NCBI GenBank assembly: GCA_043803945.1
Contig: JAZDJN010000091.1
Coordinates: 13,671 to 77,670, forward strand
DNA: 64,000 bases
Reading direction: 5' to 3'
Source: a bacterium
GTDB lineage: Bacteria > Bacteroidota > Ignavibacteria > UBA10030
Position 1 is the stretch's first letter. Every line of letters begins with the position of its first letter. Position numbers and translations under genes: made by a program. Positions 26,851-36,271 of the stretch are shown one piece after another. The notes beneath the pieces are model-generated. The model ran no database searches and was not told where the DNA came from. It saw nothing but the letters and a program-made list of their open reading frames with translations.

Positions 26851-28134
26851 TTACTGAAGGTAACTCTTATCGTTATTTATAATGCCAATTGCCCTCCCTT
26901 TCAATTTGCGGCCATGGAAAGGAGAGTTCTTGGATTTGGACTTGAATGCTTTGATATCAACGACCCACTCCCCATAAGGATCGAGCAGCGTGAGATTTGC
27001 CTTCTCACCTTCAGCAATGGTAATCTGCGGGAGTGAGAGGATGTGTCGCGGATTGGTTGTGAATTTTTCAATGAGCTGGAAAAGAGTGAGATACTTCGAT
27101 TCAACAAGTTCAGAGATAGAGAGGCCGATGGCTGTCTCGAGTCCCACAATGCCAAACGGTGCCTGGGTGTACTCCACCTCCTTTTCGTCGATGGTATGCG
27201 GGGCATGATCAGTCGCAATGGCATCAATCGTCCCATCGCGTAAACCTTCCTTGATGGCCATAACATCGTCACGGGAACGCAATGGCGGATTCATCTTGGT
27301 ATTCGTATCAAAGCTGCCGACGGCTTCCTCCGTGAGAGAGAAATGATGCGGTGCTACTTCGCATGTGGCCAACAATCGTTCGACTTTTGCTTTCCGCACC
27401 AAGTCGATCGATGGAGCCGTACTGATATGATCAACGTGGTACCGTGCTTTCTGGATATATCGAAGGAGAATAAGATCGCGTGCAATAATCAACTCTTCGG
27501 CTACCGGCGGAATTCCAACCATGCCGAGTCTGGTCGAGGTGAAGCTTTCATTCATGAGTCCGCCTTGAGTAAGCGTGGGTTCCTCGGCATGCTGCATGAT
27601 CGGCAAGCCGAACATCGAGGAATATTCCAACGCACGTCGCATGATCCCGGCACTCGCCACAACATTGCCATCGTCGGTAAAACCGACAACCCCGGCTTCA
27701 GCAAGTTCCGCCATGGGAGCAAGTTCTTCTCCTTTGCGCCCTTTCGTAATGGCAGCCACAGGATAGACATCAACGATGCCATCGCATACCTGTTTTCCTT
27801 TTTCGTGAACGTAGCGTGCGACCGATTCATCGTCGATACAGGGATGTGTATTAGGCATGCAGCAGACCGCAGTGAATCCACCCGCCGCCGCCGACCGGCA
27901 TCCGGTCTCTATTGTTTCTTTATGTTCAAACCCCGGTTCACGGAGATGGACATGCATATCGATGAAGCCGGGCGAAATGACCTTTCCCTTCAGATCGATT
28001 GTTTGATACGATGCATCTGCAGAAAGATTCTTCCCCAGTTTCTCAATCCGTCCGTTAAGCAAAAGCAGATCGAGAGCTTCATCCCTTCCCGATGCCGGAT
28101 CGATGAGTTGTCCGTTTTTCAATAACAGTTTCAT
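26851..28134 (-). CDS. pyrC: Dihydroorotase
   Basis: 427-aa ORF. Metal-binding DMHVHLREPG, plus CCMPNT and ATDHAPH motifs. Sits in an operon with pyrB and pyrR. Confidence 0.93.
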   Translation of the reverse strand: MKLLLKNGQLIDPASGRDEALDLLLLNGRIEKLGKNLSADASYQTIDLKGKVISPGFIDMHVHLREPGFEHKETIETGCRSAAAGGFTAVCCMPNTHPCIDDESVARYVHEKGKQVCDGIVDVYPVAAITKGRKGEELAPMAELAEAGVVGFTDDGNVVASAGIMRRALEYSSMFGLPIMQHAEEPTLTQGGLMNESFTSTRLGMVGIPPVAEELIIARDLILLRYIQKARYHVDHISTAPSIDLVRKAKVERLLATCEVAPHHFSLTEEAVGSFDTNTKMNPPLRSRDDVMAIKEGLRDGTIDAIATDHAPHTIDEKEVEYTQAPFGIVGLETAIGLSISELVESKYLTLFQLIEKFTTNPRHILSLPQITIAEGEKANLTLLDPYGEWVVDIKAFKSKSKNSPFHGRKLKGRAIGIINNDKSYLQ

Positions 28135-28146
28135 ACTTCCCTCTTT

Positions 28147-29067
28147 CTAATTTGTTGTTCCTAAGAGATAGAGAACAGCCATCCGGATCGCAACGCCATT
28201 TGTCACCTGTTCGAGGATGACCGAATGTTCGCCATCCGCGAGATCGGCGGAGAGCTCAACATCGCGGTTGATGGGACCGGGATGCATAATCGTGATCGGT
28301 TTAGGAGCGCTGTCCACGCGCTCTTTTGTGACGCCAAAATAGCGGTGATATTCACGCAAGGATGGAAACAATCCGCTCTTCTGGCGTTCCAGTTGAATCC
28401 GAAGAACATTCAAGACGTCAATACGCGGAATGATATCTTCGAGGCGATGGTACACGTTGACGCCGAGTTTTTCAATATCGCGGGGAATGAGTGTCTCCGG
28501 TCCGCAAACCGAAACTTCTGCTCCCATGGTGATCAGCCCGTAGATGTTCGAGCGGGCCACACGGCTGTGGAGGATATCACCGACGATGCACACACGTAAT
28601 CCCTCAAGTGTTCCGAACTTTTGCCTCAGTGTATACATATCGAGCAATCCCTGGGTAGGATGTTCGTGAGCTCCGTCCCCCGCATTAATGACGTTAGCGT
28701 CGACAACCCTGCTGAGAAAATGGGCAGAACCCGGAGAGGCATGGCGAATTACCACCATATCGATTTTCATGGCTTCAATGTTCCGGGCAGTATCTTTCAT
28801 CGTCTCGCCTTTACTCACACTGCTTCCCGAGCTGGTAAAGTTGACGACATCGGCCGAGAGGCGGCGTTCGGCAAGTTCAAATGATATTCTCGTGCGAGTC
28901 GAGCTTTCGAAAAATAAATTGACAACGGTTTTCCCCTGAAGCGGGGGGACCTTTTTTATCGGCCGATCGATAATCTCCCGGAATGAAACAGCGGTATCGA
29001 GGATCAGCGCCAGTTCCTCCCTTGTCATTCCTTCGAGACCCAACAAATGTCGGCTGCGCAATTTCAT
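28147..29067 (-). CDS. pyrB: Aspartate carbamoyltransferase catalytic subunit
   Basis: 306-aa ORF. Motifs are FFESSTRTR, HPTQGLLD and MHPGPINR. Confidence 0.95.
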   Translation of the reverse strand: MKLRSRHLLGLEGMTREELALILDTAVSFREIIDRPIKKVPPLQGKTVVNLFFESSTRTRISFELAERRLSADVVNFTSSGSSVSKGETMKDTARNIEAMKIDMVVIRHASPGSAHFLSRVVDANVINAGDGAHEHPTQGLLDMYTLRQKFGTLEGLRVCIVGDILHSRVARSNIYGLITMGAEVSVCGPETLIPRDIEKLGVNVYHRLEDIIPRIDVLNVLRIQLERQKSGLFPSLREYHRYFGVTKERVDSAPKPITIMHPGPINRDVELSADLADGEHSVILEQVTNGVAIRMAVLYLLGTTN

Positions 29068-29624
29068 GCTCCACCCTCCTTCCGTTCATCATCAATATCG
29101 ATCAGTGTAACATTATCTTCTCCGTCCACCTCGGCAATCATCACCTTAATCTCCTGATTCGCCGAAGTAGGGATGTTCTTTCCAATGAAATCGGCTTTAA
29201 TGGGAAGCTCCCGATGCCCCCGGTCGATCAGCACAAGCAGTTCAATGAGCGCAGGCCGCCCGAGATCCATTATAGCGTTCAAAGCCGATCGGATTGTTCT
29301 GCCGGTGAACAACACATCATCGACAAGTACAAGCACTTTGCCTGTGACATCGAATAATATTTCTGTACTTTTTAGTTGCGGTTGGTCAAGCCTGCCTCGC
29401 AGATCATCACGGTAAAGGGTGATGTCGAGAATTCCCACCGGTACTCTCCTTCCTTCAATCTCTTCAATTTTCTTCGCCAACCGTTGCGCAAGAAATTCAC
29501 CACGGGTACGGATGCCAACGATACAGACATTTTCCGCCCCCTTATGATTCTCGACAACTTCATGGGCCAATCGGTTCACAGTCCGACGGAAACCCTCGTT
29601 ATCGATGACGATAGTTTTTTTCAT
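29064..29624 (-). CDS. pyrR: Bifunctional pyrimidine operon regulator / uracil phosphoribosyltransferase PyrR
   Basis: PRPP-binding loop VLVLVDDVLFTGRTIRSAL. The start is taken at the ATG at 29624 (MKKTIVID..), preceded by GGAG. The track ORF extends 10 codons further. A 4-nt overlap links it to pyrB. Confidence 0.9.
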   Translation of the reverse strand: MKKTIVIDNEGFRRTVNRLAHEVVENHKGAENVCIVGIRTRGEFLAQRLAKKIEEIEGRRVPVGILDITLYRDDLRGRLDQPQLKSTEILFDVTGKVLVLVDDVLFTGRTIRSALNAIMDLGRPALIELLVLIDRGHRELPIKADFIGKNIPTSANQEIKVMIAEVDGEDNVTLIDIDDERKEGGA

Positions 29625-29630
29625 AGCTGC

Positions 29631-29736
29631 TCCATAAAAATGAAAAACCTCCAATCCCGGAGATTCGGAAAAGGAGGGTCATCAAGAATCATTAACTTGT
29701 CATAGACAACGGAGAGCCGTGCCCCCTCTCCTTGTC
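29631..29736 (-). promoter_or_regulatory. Structured pyr leader: candidate PyrR-binding hairpin plus intrinsic terminator (transcription attenuator)
   Basis: On the minus strand, a hairpin GACAA-GGAGAG-(9-nt loop)-CTCTCC-G-TTGTC lies at 29736..29705, containing the purine-rich GGACAAGGAGAGG. It is followed by hairpin CCTCC...GGAGG (29677..29648) and TTTTTCATTTTT just before the pyrR start. Confidence 0.5.
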
Positions 29737-29911
29737 CAGCGTGGATATCGATTGTTTCCTTTCCTACCTCGCAGGATAGGGTTTAAAGGATGGATTCAAA
29801 GAACTGAAATTCGCTGCGTCAATATAGCATGCAAGTTTTCAGGAATCAAGCAGCACGCAATTTCAACGATGAGTACTTTCTCTCAACCGATGCGATCGCT
29901 GGGAGATGGCC

Positions 29912-30811
29912 TCAAAGAATTCTATCAAGTACCATTAAACTCATCAATGCGGAGAGATAGATGAGGGAAAAGGTAAAGAGCAATTTTGCACTTTCATTTG
30001 AGCGATCACGGTAATGGCGAAAGGCTATCCATAGGAAGATACTTGTGAAGACTGCCGCCCCGATAAAGTAGACAATACCTAATAGTCCGACAAGAGTGGG
30101 CATCAACGCAGCGGGAAATAATGCAACGGCATAGATCAGCATTTGCCGGCTTGCAACAATGCCCGAGGGATCGACCACGGTCAGGATTTTATGGTCGGCA
30201 CGGGCATAGTCTACTCGATAGATCCAGGCAAGTGCGAGGAAGTGCGGCATCTGCCAGAAGAAAAGAATGAAAAAGAGTGACCACGCTTCAATTGTAATAG
30301 CGCCCCGCCCTACCGCCCATCCAATCAGTGTCGGTAGTGCACCGGGAATCCCCCCAAGAATTGTTGCAAAAGGAGTCTTTCGTTTCATCGGAGTATACAG
30401 CAGCAGATAAAGAAGCAGTGTCAGCAAGCCGGTTCCTGCGGCCCAGAGGTTCGTGGCAACAGCGAGATACAGCACACCCAGAAGAGCCAGGATTATCCCA
30501 AACCATAATGCTTTGTGCGGTTCGATGCGTTGAGCGGGCAGCTGGCGGTTGCGCGTTCGTTTCATGACCGCATCGAGGAGCCGTTCCGCATATTGATTCA
30601 ATGTTCCAGCCGCCCCCCCAACGAGCCATGTGCCAACAAAGGTATGGACGATGAGGAGGAAATGAAAATTTTCACCGGAGGCCAGGTAGGTGGATCCGAC
30701 CGCCGTTAGAACCGAGAGGAGCGTCAATCGGGGTTTTGTGAGAGAAAAATATTCACCAACACGCGATGCCGGATGCTCCATTGTGGGTGGAGTAGTACGT
30801 TCGTTGTTCAT
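29912..30811 (-). CDS. ctaB: Protoheme IX farnesyltransferase (heme O synthase)
   Basis: Polytopic UbiA-family protein with the motif GAAGTLNQYAERLLDAVMKRTRNR. The start is taken at the ATG at 30811, since the track ORF overlaps the upstream gene. Confidence 0.88.
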   Translation of the reverse strand: MNNERTTPPTMEHPASRVGEYFSLTKPRLTLLSVLTAVGSTYLASGENFHFLLIVHTFVGTWLVGGAAGTLNQYAERLLDAVMKRTRNRQLPAQRIEPHKALWFGIILALLGVLYLAVATNLWAAGTGLLTLLLYLLLYTPMKRKTPFATILGGIPGALPTLIGWAVGRGAITIEAWSLFFILFFWQMPHFLALAWIYRVDYARADHKILTVVDPSGIVASRQMLIYAVALFPAALMPTLVGLLGIVYFIGAAVFTSIFLWIAFRHYRDRSNESAKLLFTFSLIYLSALMSLMVLDRIL

Positions 30812-30812
30812 C

Positions 30813-32207
30813 CTACTTCGAAGGAACCGACGTACTATCCTTCTGGGGATTTTGCACGCCAACCTTTGCCAGCAAATACGTGATGATGGAATCTGCCTCC
30901 GAAGGTTTCAATCCCTGGGCTGGCATAGACGGATACGCAGGATTAATTTTGACAGGGTTCAGGACAAAAGAAATCAGTTGTGCTTTCTTTCCGGCATACT
31001 TGGGGAGTACATCCTTGTAAGCAGGACCAACCTTCTTCTGATCAAACTGATGGCAAGCGGAGCATTTTGCATTAAATATATCTTCACCCGTGAGTGCAAC
31101 GGATGCAATACCTAATTTCGCCTTCAACTCCTCAGTTAAAAGGTCATGCCTATAGGTGAGGATGGAAGCATGAGTTCTTGTGGCATTATACATCATCACC
31201 TGATCGTTCATTACAGAACATGCCGCGGCGAATCCAAAAATAAAGAAGGCACTTGATACCCTGCTGACCTGAGAATCGCCCGAATACGCGTAAAGAAAAT
31301 GCGCTGCCAGGAATAAGAGAACAATAGTGACACCGGCAAGCATAAAGAGCAATCCGGAAAGCGACGTCTGGGGAAGCAGGAAAACCGTTACAAGGATGAG
31401 GAGCGGTTGTATCAGAAGAGAGCCCGTTGTCAGACGGAGGGTCAGCCTGCGCACCAGCATGGCATATTCAGAACCGGTCTCAAAGGATTTTGTTCGCCAG
31501 GCAAATAAGAAAAAGAGAATACCAATACCGGTAATACCGGCAGAGAAAGCGATAAACAGAATAAACCTCAGCCAGACATCAATCGCCAAAATTGCAGCGA
31601 AGATCGAATCGATGGCGATCCAGTTTTCCCGATTGACGGCAACAGTGGTTGCACTCGTGAAGAGCAGTGTGGCAAGGACTATGGTGACGACACCCCAACG
31701 GCCCGTTTTTGCATGAACGCTGCTGTTCTGCTTCCGATACTCTTCGATTTCCAGCGCCTCCTTACCCATTCCCTTTCCCTTCGCTAGTGAATTGCCAAGC
31801 ACTTCCAAAAGATCATGCAAGCGGAAGGTATATCGATAACTCGAGAGCAGAATTGTTGCTGCGAGGAAGAGAATGAAACCAAATCCTGCAAGACTGACGA
31901 CGATTGCATCTGTTAATTGAAAGAGCTGTGCATAGATGAACATTAGCGAGAATGCCGGAATAATGCCGAGGAATGTCGGGATTAACTTGTTGGTGAGCGG
32001 AATATCGATGAGATCTTTTGCAAACCGGAGATAGAGCTTGTTACCTTCACGCGTTCCTTTCCGGTTGTATGCATAGGAAAGGATGGAAGACCCGCCGAGA
32101 AATGCCAAATACGGGATAAACACCAGAGAGAGCAATCCGCTGATGAGCAACAGGAGATGAAAATGCTCAGTCGATTGTGGAAGGGCAAGATGTTTTAGGA
32201 ATTCCAT
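30813..32207 (-). CDS. Polytopic membrane protein with C-terminal class-I cytochrome c domain
   Basis: 464-aa ORF with about 9-10 predicted TM helices. C-terminal domain: FNAKCSACHQFDQKKVGPAYKDV...YPSMPAQGL (CxxCH plus a distal Met). Confidence 0.7.
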   Translation of the reverse strand: MEFLKHLALPQSTEHFHLLLLISGLLSLVFIPYLAFLGGSSILSYAYNRKGTREGNKLYLRFAKDLIDIPLTNKLIPTFLGIIPAFSLMFIYAQLFQLTDAIVVSLAGFGFILFLAATILLSSYRYTFRLHDLLEVLGNSLAKGKGMGKEALEIEEYRKQNSSVHAKTGRWGVVTIVLATLLFTSATTVAVNRENWIAIDSIFAAILAIDVWLRFILFIAFSAGITGIGILFFLFAWRTKSFETGSEYAMLVRRLTLRLTTGSLLIQPLLILVTVFLLPQTSLSGLLFMLAGVTIVLLFLAAHFLYAYSGDSQVSRVSSAFFIFGFAAACSVMNDQVMMYNATRTHASILTYRHDLLTEELKAKLGIASVALTGEDIFNAKCSACHQFDQKKVGPAYKDVLPKYAGKKAQLISFVLNPVKINPAYPSMPAQGLKPSEADSIITYLLAKVGVQNPQKDSTSVPSK

Positions 32208-32242
32208 GAAATTTCAGCTTATTCTCTTAGATGTTCTTTCGG

Positions 32243-32896
32243 TTAGTTCGTCAGCATGCTTGGTAATGAAATATTCTGTTTCGCTTGTGCTGCCGACACA
32301 CGCTCAAACCATGCCACAAACTGTGAGGAATCATTTGACACAACCTTTGTGTACATATACGCGTGCCTCAAGCCGCAATACTCAGCGCAAGCGATATCAT
32401 ACGAGGCATTCTCTTTGGTCTTGAACCACATTTCATTCTCGCGGTTCGGTATCACATCCTTCTTGATCCTGAATGCCGGGATGTACATCGAATGATTAAC
32501 ATCTAGTGAGTGAAGTGTCAGTTTCACCGGAATGTTCATCGGTACATACAGGGTATCGGTTTGCACTCCATTGGGGTATTCAAACGTCCAGCTCCACATT
32601 CGTGCCGTCACTTTAATCGGCAATGCTCCGGAGGGAATTTGGGATATCTTGAGGTATCCCTCCCAACCCAAATAGAACATTCCCATAAAGAGCCCCAGCG
32701 GAATCACAGTCCAGGCAATTTCGAGAGGAACGTTACCTTCAATATTGGTTGGATATGGATGTTTTTCCCGATTATACTTGACAACGAAAAAAACCATGGC
32801 AATGAGGAGACCGATCAGCACCAGGAGCGAGATTCCTACGATGGTAAGGAATGTCGCGTCAATATAATCTGCAAAAGGCGATTTGCCTTCGAACAT
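32243..32896 (-). CDS. coxB: Cytochrome c oxidase subunit II (CuA; no fused cytochrome c domain)
   Basis: 217-aa ORF with two N-terminal TM helices. CuA site HSMYIP...CAEYCGLRHAYM. Confidence 0.9.
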   Translation of the reverse strand: MFEGKSPFADYIDATFLTIVGISLLVLIGLLIAMVFFVVKYNREKHPYPTNIEGNVPLEIAWTVIPLGLFMGMFYLGWEGYLKISQIPSGALPIKVTARMWSWTFEYPNGVQTDTLYVPMNIPVKLTLHSLDVNHSMYIPAFRIKKDVIPNRENEMWFKTKENASYDIACAEYCGLRHAYMYTKVVSNDSSQFVAWFERVSAAQAKQNISLPSMLTN

Positions 32897-32910
32897 AAGG
32901 GTATCCTGTC

Positions 32911-33210
32911 TTACCGAAACGCGTAGTCAAAGAATGTGAGAACGATAAAAATCATCAGCGTGACGACTGCGACGAGTACAAAAATCCTGAATATTTTATC
33001 CTCAAATTTCAGGTGCATGAATATGCCAAGCACAAGCGCTGCCTTAATGGAGGCGATGGAGAGTGACGTAATAATGATCCAATGGCCAAGTTCAATCCCT
33101 GCCAGCGATACGGTAGCTCCCGTCAACACGATCAAGCCCAGCCAAATGAGCAGATAGTGTCCGTAGCTTACTCGATGAACATGTTCTTCATGTTGCCCGT
33201 GTGATTCCAT
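32911..33210 (-). CDS. Cytochrome c oxidase subunit IV (prokaryotic small subunit)
   Basis: 99-aa ORF with three TM helices. Its position between coxC and coxB and the ..ASIKAALVLGIFMHLKFE.. motif are typical of bacterial subunit IV. Confidence 0.7.
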   Translation of the reverse strand: MESHGQHEEHVHRVSYGHYLLIWLGLIVLTGATVSLAGIELGHWIIITSLSIASIKAALVLGIFMHLKFEDKIFRIFVLVAVVTLMIFIVLTFFDYAFR

Positions 33211-33221
33211 GCGTCCTTACC

Positions 33222-33848
33222 TTACTGCAAAAGATAGAAAAGCGGGAAAAGAAAGATCCAAATGATATCGACCAGGTGCCAGTACAAGCCGCCGGCCTCC
33301 AGGCGAACATACGAACGTTCATTGATTATCCCGCGACTGATAAACACCATCATGACGGCCAGGATGATCATTCCGATGACGACGTGAAGAGCATGTAATC
33401 CCGTCATCACAAAATAGAGCCCGAAGTATAATATCTCTCCCGAAGGTTTGCCGAGGAGATCGGGAGAACCTGGATAGATTCCCAGTTCGAATTTATGCCC
33501 CCACTCAAAATACTTATTCACGAGAAATGCCAATGCCAAAACGAGGGTCATACCTATCAACATCTGGGCAAGGCTTTTCTTCCCCTCCTGAATTGCCGTG
33601 ATCGACATGGCGACAGTAAGGCTGCTGGTGAGGAGAATAATGGTGTTCACCGTACCGATCAAAGTATCAAGTTCTTTCGATGCCAATTGAAACTCAGCCG
33701 GATACTTGAAGCGGTATACGGCATACACAAGAAATAATCCGCCGAACAGGATCAACTCGGTGAAGAGAAAGAGCCACATTCCCATCCGGGAGCCGATGTT
33801 GTCGCGATGCGTCTGTTCATGTGCAACGTGGATCGACGGCGTACTCAC
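33222..33848 (-). CDS. coxC: Cytochrome c oxidase subunit III
   Basis: 208-aa polytopic ORF (..GMWLFLFTELILFGGLF.., ..GLHALHVVIGMI.., ..YWHLVDIIWIFLFPLFYL). Confidence 0.9.
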   Translation of the reverse strand: MSTPSIHVAHEQTHRDNIGSRMGMWLFLFTELILFGGLFLVYAVYRFKYPAEFQLASKELDTLIGTVNTIILLTSSLTVAMSITAIQEGKKSLAQMLIGMTLVLALAFLVNKYFEWGHKFELGIYPGSPDLLGKPSGEILYFGLYFVMTGLHALHVVIGMIILAVMMVFISRGIINERSYVRLEAGGLYWHLVDIIWIFLFPLFYLLQ

Positions 33849-35491
33849 GATGCCGCCTCCAATGGTTTTTCATATTGGCTGTAATCATACGGCCCGGTGG
33901 TCACAACAGGAATTTCGTGGAAGTTTTCCAGGGGTGGCGGTGAGGGGACTTTCCATTCAAGGGTTTGTCCGCCCCAGGGATTTGCCGGCGCCTTCTTTCC
34001 TTTCAACAGCGAGACGATGAGATTCACGATCAGGATGAGAATTCCGGCATAGAGTATCCAAGATCCTGCTGACGCAATGCGATGCAGGGTTAAAAACTCC
34101 GGAAGTGAATCGTAGTAACGCCGCGGCATCCCTTGATAACCCAGAATAAAAAACGGGAAATAGAGCAAATTGAAGCCGACCGTGAGGAGCAACCAGGAAA
34201 GTTTTGCCGCTCCTTTCTTGTACATCTTACCAAACATCTTCGGAAACCAGTAGTGGATGGCAGCAAATAAACCAAATCCTGTCCCGCCAAACATGACATA
34301 ATGAAAGTGCCCAACGACAAAGTAGGTATCCTGAACATGAATGTTGATCGCGAGCGCACCGAGCATTAATCCCGTAAATCCTCCGATGCTGAATTGGATA
34401 ATGAACGAGAGGACAAAAAGCATCGGCACTTCAAGTTCAATGGAGCCTTTATAGAGTGTCGCAATCCAATTAAAGATCTTAATAGCACTCGGGATGGAGA
34501 CGAGAAATGTCAGGAGCGAGAAGACAAACACACCGGTATTGCTCATACCAACGGTAAACATATGATGTGCCCATACCAGCGAACCGAAGAAGGCGATGGC
34601 AAGACTTGAAAAAGCGATGAATTTATATCCAAAAATTGTTCGCCGCGCAAAGACCGGCAAGATTTCCGAGACCACACCAAGCCCCGGTAAGATCATGATG
34701 TAAACCGCAGGATGAGAATAGATCCAGAACAGGTGCTGATAGAGCACAGGATCGCCACCCATCGTAGGGTCAAAAATCCCAACCCCGAACCAGCGTTCGA
34801 GCACAACAAGGAGCAGTGTAATTCCAATAATGGGTGTGGCAAGAATTTGTACCCAGCCAGTAGAATATAGCGACCAGATAAACAAGGGCATTTTGAACCA
34901 GGTCATCCCCGGTGCCCTCATTCGATGGATCGTGGTGATAAAATTCAATCCGGTTAAAATCGAAGAGAATCCGAGAATGAAGGCCGCCATCAATGCCGGG
35001 AAGACATTGGTTGATGTCCGGATACTGTAGGGAACATAGAAGGTCCATCCCGTATCCGCAGCTCCGCCCGGAAGAAAAACTGAAACCAGTGCCAGAAGTC
35101 CGCCAGTGAGAAACAACCACCAGGAGAGAAGGTTGAGCCGCGGGAAGAAAACATCGTTTGCGCCAATCATCAGCGGCATCATAAAATTGCCAAAAACTGC
35201 CGGCAATCCCGGAATGATGAATAAGAAGATCATCATAATTCCGTGAAGCGTAAAGAAGGTATTATATGTTTGCGGCTCGACGATTGTTTTTCCAACCGTC
35301 ATCAGCTCCAGACGCATCAAAACGCCGAGCGTTGCAGCCGTAAGAAAGAATACAGACATCGTAACAAGGTAGAGGATTCCAATACGCTTGTGATCGGTGC
35401 TAAGAATCCAACCGAGCACTCCCTTATCCTTCGTTTCAGCGTGATAAAAATCAGGCTCAACCTTCTCAGCGATAGACGCTGATGTTGCCAT
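33845..35491 (-). CDS. ctaD: Cytochrome c oxidase subunit I (heme-copper oxidase, A-type)
   Basis: Motifs are HKRIGILY, WFFGHP-like LFWIYSHPAVYI, GHFHYVMFGG and HFLGYQGMPRRY-like ILGYQGMPRRY. Start taken at the ATG at 35491. Confidence 0.95.
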   Translation of the reverse strand: MATSASIAEKVEPDFYHAETKDKGVLGWILSTDHKRIGILYLVTMSVFFLTAATLGVLMRLELMTVGKTIVEPQTYNTFFTLHGIMMIFLFIIPGLPAVFGNFMMPLMIGANDVFFPRLNLLSWWLFLTGGLLALVSVFLPGGAADTGWTFYVPYSIRTSTNVFPALMAAFILGFSSILTGLNFITTIHRMRAPGMTWFKMPLFIWSLYSTGWVQILATPIIGITLLLVVLERWFGVGIFDPTMGGDPVLYQHLFWIYSHPAVYIMILPGLGVVSEILPVFARRTIFGYKFIAFSSLAIAFFGSLVWAHHMFTVGMSNTGVFVFSLLTFLVSIPSAIKIFNWIATLYKGSIELEVPMLFVLSFIIQFSIGGFTGLMLGALAINIHVQDTYFVVGHFHYVMFGGTGFGLFAAIHYWFPKMFGKMYKKGAAKLSWLLLTVGFNLLYFPFFILGYQGMPRRYYDSLPEFLTLHRIASAGSWILYAGILILIVNLIVSLLKGKKAPANPWGGQTLEWKVPSPPPLENFHEIPVVTTGPYDYSQYEKPLEAAS

Positions 35492-35498
35492 ACGTCTC

Positions 35499-36269
35499 CT
35501 ACCCTTCTGTTTTCTTCTTTGGTTTGATAATGAACACCACCACAAATATTCCGACTAAACCTAAAATAATGACCATGCTCACGCGGAGTACATTAAACGT
35601 GTACGTTCTCGCTTCTGGATCATAACTGAAGCAGAAGCTGAGTACTTTCGCGATCGTTGGTCCGACTTTTCCTTCGCCCGCCTCGATAACTGCCATCTTA
35701 ATATCGAAGGGAAGATACTGAATGCCATTGATATACCGTGTAATTTTCCCTTCCGGAGAGACGATGATGAGGACACCGGCGTGAACATAATTTTCACCGC
35801 TGCGCTGGAAATAAAATCCTGCTCCATCAGTGATGGTATAAATGTTGACACTATCACCGGTGAAGAATCTCCACCCATCCGGATTGACCGGTTTGCCAAT
35901 GGCTTTCAGGTAATTCTCGCGTTTCTCTTTAGCGAGTTCCGGTTTCTCCCGATGATCGAATCCCACAGTGAGAATTTGATAGTCCTTCCCGAGCTCAAGA
36001 TCGATTTTCGGGATGATCTTCGAAAGTTCTGTCATCAATGGATTACAAATCCCAGGACATCGATAGTACACGAATGTAAATATTGTCGGTTTATTGACAA
36101 ACTGCCTCATCGTGGCAATATTCCCTGACTCATCATAGAATTCCACATCCAAAGGAATTTGTTGACCAAGTTTTTCAACAATTCCGATCGGAGGCCTCTG
36201 CTCCTGCTGAGCAAAACCGATGCTCACGGCCAGAGAAACGACAATCAGCAAACTCATCACTCGTGGCAT
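35499..36269 (-). CDS. SCO1/SenC-family copper chaperone
   Basis: Signal anchor, thioredoxin fold with CPGIC (CxxxC), and a C-terminal TM helix. Start taken at the ATG at 36269. Confidence 0.85.
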   Translation of the reverse strand: MPRVMSLLIVVSLAVSIGFAQQEQRPPIGIVEKLGQQIPLDVEFYDESGNIATMRQFVNKPTIFTFVYYRCPGICNPLMTELSKIIPKIDLELGKDYQILTVGFDHREKPELAKEKRENYLKAIGKPVNPDGWRFFTGDSVNIYTITDGAGFYFQRSGENYVHAGVLIIVSPEGKITRYINGIQYLPFDIKMAVIEAGEGKVGPTIAKVLSFCFSYDPEARTYTFNVLRVSMVIILGLVGIFVVVFIIKPKKKTEG

Positions 36270-36271
36270 AA

